Positions 31,209 through 35,454 of a DNA stretch of 35,454 bases are shown here, piece by piece; position 1 is the stretch's first letter, and the number at the start of each line of letters is the position of its first letter. A program made the position numbers and the translations under genes. The notes under the pieces were generated by a model. That model had not been told where the DNA came from. It made no database searches and saw only the letters and a list, made by a program, of their open reading frames with translations. This stretch comes from Candidatus Levyibacteriota bacterium (GTDB lineage Bacteria > Patescibacteriota > Microgenomatia > Levybacterales > UBA12049). The stretch covers positions 1-35,454 of the forward strand of contig JACPDD010000009.1 of NCBI GenBank assembly GCA_016184205.1, read 5' to 3'.

Positions 31209-32165
31209 ATGTCCTTAATTCAGGAAAATGTTCCACTCAGGGAGTATTCAAGTTTCAAAATAGGCGGCAATGCGAAATATTTTCTTGAAGTTTCAAGTAA
31301 AGAAGAATTGGTCGAAGGATTAAAAGAATGGAGAGAATTATCATCTAGCTTTCCCGAATCAGATAGAAGAATTTTTATTATTGGTGGTGGGACAAATTTA
31401 CTTGTTTCTGATAATGGTTTCTCCGGTCTTGCTATTCACGTTAACATTAAATTTATAAAGATAGCGGGTGAAGTCGCAAAAACTGGCGCAGGGAATTTAA
31501 TCCCGCAGTTACTTGACACTTGTATTAAAAATTCTTTATCCGGTCTTGAGTGGGCTGGGGGACTTCCGGGAACTGTAGGGGGAGCAGTAAGAGGAAATGC
31601 AGGAGCTTTTGGCGGAGAAACAAAAGATAATGTTTTAGAAGTTGAAAGTTTGGATATTAATACGCTTGGTCAGAAAACCAGAAAAAATGCGCAGTGCAAA
31701 TTTGCATACAGAGACAGCGTTTATAAAAGCGGAGAAGGGAAGGATGAAATTATAATCTCGGCATCTTTTGGTTTAAAATATGGCGATATGGAAGAAATTA
31801 GAAGTGCAACACAAGAGAAAATAAATTACAGAGAAGCAAAACATCCTCTGCATCTTCCAAATGCGGGAAGCATTTTTAAAAATGTAAATGTTGAAGATGC
31901 CCCCGGATCGGTTATTTCGGAATTTGAAAGCTCTATTAAAAATGACCCGTTTCCTGTTATCCCTACCGCTAAACTTCTAATTCGCGCAGGTCTTCAAGGA
32001 AAAAAGGTAGGTGGGGCACAGGTATCTCAGCAACACCCAAACTTCATTGTGAATATTGGGAATGCCCGTTCTTCGGACGTTAAAGACTTGATAGAACTTG
32101 AAAAAGAGGCTGTAAAACAGAGGCTGGGAGTAGACTTGGAAGTTGAAGTAATGTTTGTAGAATAA
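31209..32165 (+). CDS. murB: UDP-N-acetylenolpyruvoylglucosamine reductase
   Basis: FKIGGNAKYF, IIGGGTNLLVSD, LPGTVGGAVRGNAGAFG, AGSIFKN and HPNFIVN. Confidence 0.92.
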   Translation: MSLIQENVPLREYSSFKIGGNAKYFLEVSSKEELVEGLKEWRELSSSFPESDRRIFIIGGGTNLLVSDNGFSGLAIHVNIKFIKIAGEVAKTGAGNLIPQLLDTCIKNSLSGLEWAGGLPGTVGGAVRGNAGAFGGETKDNVLEVESLDINTLGQKTRKNAQCKFAYRDSVYKSGEGKDEIIISASFGLKYGDMEEIRSATQEKINYREAKHPLHLPNAGSIFKNVNVEDAPGSVISEFESSIKNDPFPVIPTAKLLIRAGLQGKKVGGAQVSQQHPNFIVNIGNARSSDVKDLIELEKEAVKQRLGVDLEVEVMFVE

Positions 32166-32295
32166 ACTTTCTTTTTTTCTCCGCGAAAAGAAACAAAAGC
32201 TCCTTGCAAGCAAAGTCGGACTATTTTTATTTCACTCGCTGGTCGGGTGATAACACCCCCTCCGAATCCACGGGTTCCCCCTGACAGCTCACTTC
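32166..32295 (-). repeat. copy 2 of the duplicated tmRNA-5'-half-like element
   Basis: 32258-32295 is identical to 9366-9403. 32181-32256 matches 9251-9326 at 57/76. It lacks the 39-nt segment present in copy 1. Confidence 0.8.
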
Positions 32296-32372
32296 TCAAA
32301 AACTTAACGTCCTTTGTTTGAATTGCAAGATTAAAGAATTATAACATTAAGAATTCATTCATTTGGGAATTG

Positions 32373-32407
32373 ATTAGAAATTAGAAATTTGAAATTAGAA
32401 ATTAACG
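32373..32407. repeat. five tandem heptads (ATTAGAA, ATTAGAA, ATTTGAA, ATTAGAA, ATTAACG)
   Basis: Read directly. The block overlaps the stop codon (32402-32404) and the last residue of the minus-strand FNR-like gene. Confidence 0.8.
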
Positions 32408-33103
32408 AATTGTGTCATAGCCGGGGAAGAAATCCTGTTTAATTCGATTTTCCGCAATTCCCGTTTTCTTAAGCATTCGTCCAAATTCTTCAACCATTGG
32501 TTCGGGTCCCGAGACATAGATAATTGGCTTATCGTTTATAGCTGATAGCTCATCGATTGTTTTTTGGATATCTTCTTTTTCTATATGACAAGGACTTATG
32601 AAATATTTTATTTTAAAATTTTTGTGTTCTTCCGCCAGTTTTTCAAGTTCATCTTTGAAGGCAAAGTTTTTATCGGAGTTTGCCCAGAGAAGAGTAACAT
32701 TGATAGGAAGATTCTTATGGTCTAAGTCGAGAAGAATGCTCCTATAGGGTGTGATTCCAATTCCACCAGCAATAAATACATACTTTTTTTCAGGATTCTC
32801 AACTATAAAATCTCCGTCCGGATCGCTCGCCTCAATAGCTTGACCTACCTTAATTTTTAATAGCTTACTCTTAAAACTGCTAGGTTTTTTATTGTTAATT
32901 CTTGTTGTAATCCAAATATCTTGTTCATGCGGAGCAGAGGATATGGTAAAGTAACGGGTTATTCCTCGCTCGTCGGGGCTTTGGTGGGGGAATGTATAGA
33001 AAAGAAACTGTCCTGCTTTCCATTCAGTCGGCATTTGGCTTTTTAAAATAAAAGTTACAGCGTCGCCTGTCTCCTTCTTTTTGCCCACTAGCTCAATTTT
33101 CAC
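32402..33103 (-). CDS. ferredoxin-NADP reductase-type FAD/NAD(P)-binding oxidoreductase
   Basis: RYFTISS (RxYS/T FAD motif), FIAGGIGITP (NAD(P) binding) and VSGP. Confidence 0.8.
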   Translation of the reverse strand: MKIELVGKKKETGDAVTFILKSQMPTEWKAGQFLFYTFPHQSPDERGITRYFTISSAPHEQDIWITTRINNKKPSSFKSKLLKIKVGQAIEASDPDGDFIVENPEKKYVFIAGGIGITPYRSILLDLDHKNLPINVTLLWANSDKNFAFKDELEKLAEEHKNFKIKYFISPCHIEKEDIQKTIDELSAINDKPIIYVSGPEPMVEEFGRMLKKTGIAENRIKQDFFPGYDTIR

Positions 33104-33131
33104 ATTTTTAATATACTATAAATAGTACATT

Positions 33132-34832
33132 ATGGGAAATATCTTTTTTGAGATAACAGTTATTATTTGCTTGGCGGCTTTTTTGTCTTTAATTTTTCGC
33201 TTTTTAAAACAACCTCTAATTCTTGCATATATTGTAACAGGAATAATAATTGGTCCATTAGGACTTTTAAATATTACAAGCGGGGAGCTGCTTAAGAACT
33301 TTGCTGAAATTGGAATAACTCTCCTTTTATTTTTACTGGGCCTTGAAATCAAAATTAAAGAACTTCCCGCAATTGGAAAAGTGTCCGCTGTAGCAGCGGG
33401 TCTTCAAATTATTATATATTTGGTACTTTCTTATTTTGTTGCCGCAGCATTTAACTTTCCGCCCCTTACCTTACTATATATTGCTGCTGCTTTGACGTTT
33501 TCAAGCACGATTATTGTAGTAAAGCTAATCTCAGACAAACACGATCTTGCGAGTCTTTATGGAAAAATTTCAATTGGAATTTTACTGATACAGGATTTAG
33601 TCGCAATTCTTCTACTTATTTTTCTTTCCGGATTTAACGTAACTTCCGGCAGTATCCCCGCACTAAGTGCATTCTTGTTAGTCGGCATTAAGGGCGCATT
33701 TCTCTTTTTAGCAGTTTGGTATTTATCCAAAAATATTTTCCCAAAAGTCGTTGAGGTGTTGGCGCGTTCATCGGAAAGCCTTTTTTTAGTAAGTATTGCT
33801 TGGGTATTTTTACTTGCAGCTTTTGTATCCTCTCCGTTTATTGGATTTTCTATAGAGATTGGAGGATTTCTGGCTGGACTTGCTCTTGCAAATTCAATAG
33901 CAAATTACCAAATAATCGCAAAGGTAAAAATTCTGAGAGACTTTTTCATAGTACTGTTTTTTGTGGTTTTGGGGATGCAACTGGGATTTTCTTCTGTCCT
34001 AAGCCTTTTAATCCCAGCGCTTGCTCTTTCCGCATTTGTTCTTATTACTAAACCCGCAATTATAATGATAATAGTTGGAGCTTTAGGTTATAGGAAAAGA
34101 ACAGCATTTTTAAGCGGAGTAAGCCTTGGGCAAATATCTGAGTTTTCTTTAATATTGCTTTTCTTGGGCAACAAGCTAGGGCATGTTTCAAATGAAGCAG
34201 TATCGCTTATTGCTTTGGTGGGAATAATTACCTTTGCTGCCTCAACGTACATGATTTTGTACAGCAGAAGGCTATTTGAGATTTTCCGTCCCTATATTTC
34301 TATTATGGACAAGCTATATAGAAATAAAGAAGAGGTCGTCCCAGAGGGAGACATTTCAAATCTTTCCGACCACGTAATTTTAATTGGAGCGGATCAAATG
34401 GGAGAAAGCATTTTAGACGCGCTGGAGGAAGAGGATAAAGATGTAATTGTAATAGATTTTGATCCCAAGGTAATAAAGAAGTTTAAAGAAAAAAAATTAT
34501 CTACCCATATCATTTTCGGAGATATATCTGATTTGGATATTGCGGAAAGAGCAAGTTTAGACAAAGCAAAACTTGTTATTTCAACAGTGCCTGACATAGA
34601 AGATAACTTGTTTCTAATAGAGGAACTAAACCGTAGAAACAAAGCGGCAAAAGTTGTTGTAATGGCTCTTGACTCAGGCGATGCAAAAGTTTTATATAAA
34701 GCAGGAGCAGAATATGTTGTTTTGCCCCATTTGGCAGGGGGAATGCACGTTGCTAAGATAATAAGAGAACATAGATTTATAAAGAAGACTCTTGGCGCAC
34801 TTGCAGCAAAAGATAGGGAGTATATAAGTTAA
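33132..34832 (+). CDS. CPA2-family cation:proton antiporter with a C-terminal RCK/TrkA-N domain (Kef-type)
   Basis: About 12 predicted TM segments, LLFLLGLE, then [10 protein letters not shown] (Rossmann GxGxxG-like) and the RCK region. Confidence 0.85.
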   Translation: MGNIFFEITVIICLAAFLSLIFRFLKQPLILAYIVTGIIIGPLGLLNITSGELLKNFAEIGITLLLFLLGLEIKIKELPAIGKVSAVAAGLQIIIYLVLSYFVAAAFNFPPLTLLYIAAALTFSSTIIVVKLISDKHDLASLYGKISIGILLIQDLVAILLLIFLSGFNVTSGSIPALSAFLLVGIKGAFLFLAVWYLSKNIFPKVVEVLARSSESLFLVSIAWVFLLAAFVSSPFIGFSIEIGGFLAGLALANSIANYQIIAKVKILRDFFIVLFFVVLGMQLGFSSVLSLLIPALALSAFVLITKPAIIMIIVGALGYRKRTAFLSGVSLGQISEFSLILLFLGNKLGHVSNEAVSLIALVGIITFAASTYMILYSRRLFEIFRPYISIMDKLYRNKEEVVPEGDISNLSDHVILIGADQMGESILDALEEEDKDVIVIDFDPKVIKKFKEKKLSTHIIFGDISDLDIAERASLDKAKLVISTVPDIEDNLFLIEELNRRNKAAKVVVMALDSGDAKVLYKAGAEYVVLPHLAGGMHVAKIIREHRFIKKTLGALAAKDREYIS

Positions 34833-35454
34833 GCCTGCGCGGTTGTAACGTCTTTTATTATCTGCCCAATTTCTCCGGACATTAAGACTGGCAGATTATG
34901 CCAGCTTTTATTGATTCTGTGATCCGTAAGTCTATCTTGGGGAAAATTATACGTTCTGATTTTTTCTGCTCTCATGCCACGTCCAACTTGAGTGGACTTA
35001 AGAGAAGAAAGTTGCGAATGTTTCTTTTCAATTTCTATTTCCCATAGTTTTGCACGAAGAATTTTCATTGCATTTTCTCTGTTTTGGGACTGATGCCTTT
35101 CTGTTTGGGCTGTAACAACAATTCCTGTGGGTTTGTGTTTAAGCCTTACAGCAGTTGAAACTTTATTTACGTTTTGTCCGCCATGTCCGCCAGCTCTGTA
35201 TGCATCAAATTCGATATCCTCAGGATTTATGTGCAAATCAATGTCGTCAAGCTGGGGAAGAACGGAAACTGTTGCAGTTGAAGTGTGAACCCTGCCTCTT
35301 TTTTCCGTCAGGGGAACTCTTTGAACTCTGTGTACGCCCGCCTCATATTTAAAAAGGCCAAAAGGTGCACCAGCTGGCGGATTTGCTTTTTCCCCAGAGA
35401 TTTTAATTACGCTTTCATCAACCTGTTCTACATTAAAGCCTATTTTTTGTGCAT
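34829..35454 (-). CDS. prfA: peptide chain release factor 1, 5'-partial (runs off the window)
   Basis: The frame is open to the window edge: [28 protein letters not shown], then [11 protein letters not shown] (GGQ). The RVP-x-TE context is RF1-type and there is no SPF. Confidence 0.88.
   Translation of the reverse strand, partial: AQKIGFNVEQVDESVIKISGEKANPPAGAPFGLFKYEAGVHRVQRVPLTEKRGRVHTSTATVSVLPQLDDIDLHINPEDIEFDAYRAGGHGGQNVNKVSTAVRLKHKPTGIVVTAQTERHQSQNRENAMKILRAKLWEIEIEKKHSQLSSLKSTQVGRGMRAEKIRTYNFPQDRLTDHRINKSWHNLPVLMSGEIGQIIKDVTTAQA

Noticed and set aside
34829-35454. RF2 with a programmed +1 frameshift
   Set aside because: The sequence has the RF1-type QRVP-x-TE context and no SPF motif. 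The reading frame is continuously open to the window edge, so no frameshift is needed.
1-35454. Alternative genetic code (UGA as a sense codon, as in some candidate phyla)
   Set aside because: Conserved genes terminate at TGA at the expected length (for example cysS at 17566-17568 and recR at 15282-15284). No conserved gene needs an in-frame TGA to be read through. The single anomalous stop, in rseP, is TAA.

Overview
Gene-dense, AT-rich bacterial chromosome segment made up almost entirely of housekeeping genes, mostly on the + strand. Order: thyA-folA-glyA, rpsB-tsf-frr-rseP, proS, rpsU-ybeY, dnaX-ybaB-prs-recR, cysS, an NAD cluster (cinA-like, nadD, nadE, pncC-like), msrB, dedA, ychF, rpsF-ssb-rpsR, ctpA-htrA-murB, an FNR-like oxidoreductase, a CPA2/Kef-type antiporter and a partial prfA. 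The code looks standard (11): conserved genes end in TGA and none has an in-frame TGA. Short proteins (153-aa EF-Ts, 320-aa YchF), P/Q-rich single-TM proteins and scattered four-helix-bundle, GxxExxY and GIY-YIG mini-genes suggest a small-genome Patescibacteria/CPR-type organism; this is inference. I found no rRNA, tRNA, CRISPR array, transposase, integrase or recognisable defence gene. Four things stand out. (1) A ~130-170 nt element occurs twice in direct orientation, 22.9 kb apart. Its 38-nt identical core, read on the minus strand, resembles the 5' half of a tmRNA, but no 3' half follows. (2) Three mini-ORF cassettes (two four-helix-bundle genes, one GIY-YIG gene) sit in operon spacers, each bracketed by inverted repeats. 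(3) Short blocks built from 7-8 nt periodic words fill intergenic spacers. They also occur as in-frame insertions in dnaX, prs and a DHH phosphoesterase, where one tract is a perfect 5x heptamer. The linker region of rseP carries one too, with an in-frame TAA stop inside it. (4) Conserved genes carry unusually many lesions: rseP, proS, ctpA, pncC-like and a thyA missing a core helix. This could be real decay or an assembly or consensus artefact. All family calls rest on motifs read by eye; no searches were run.
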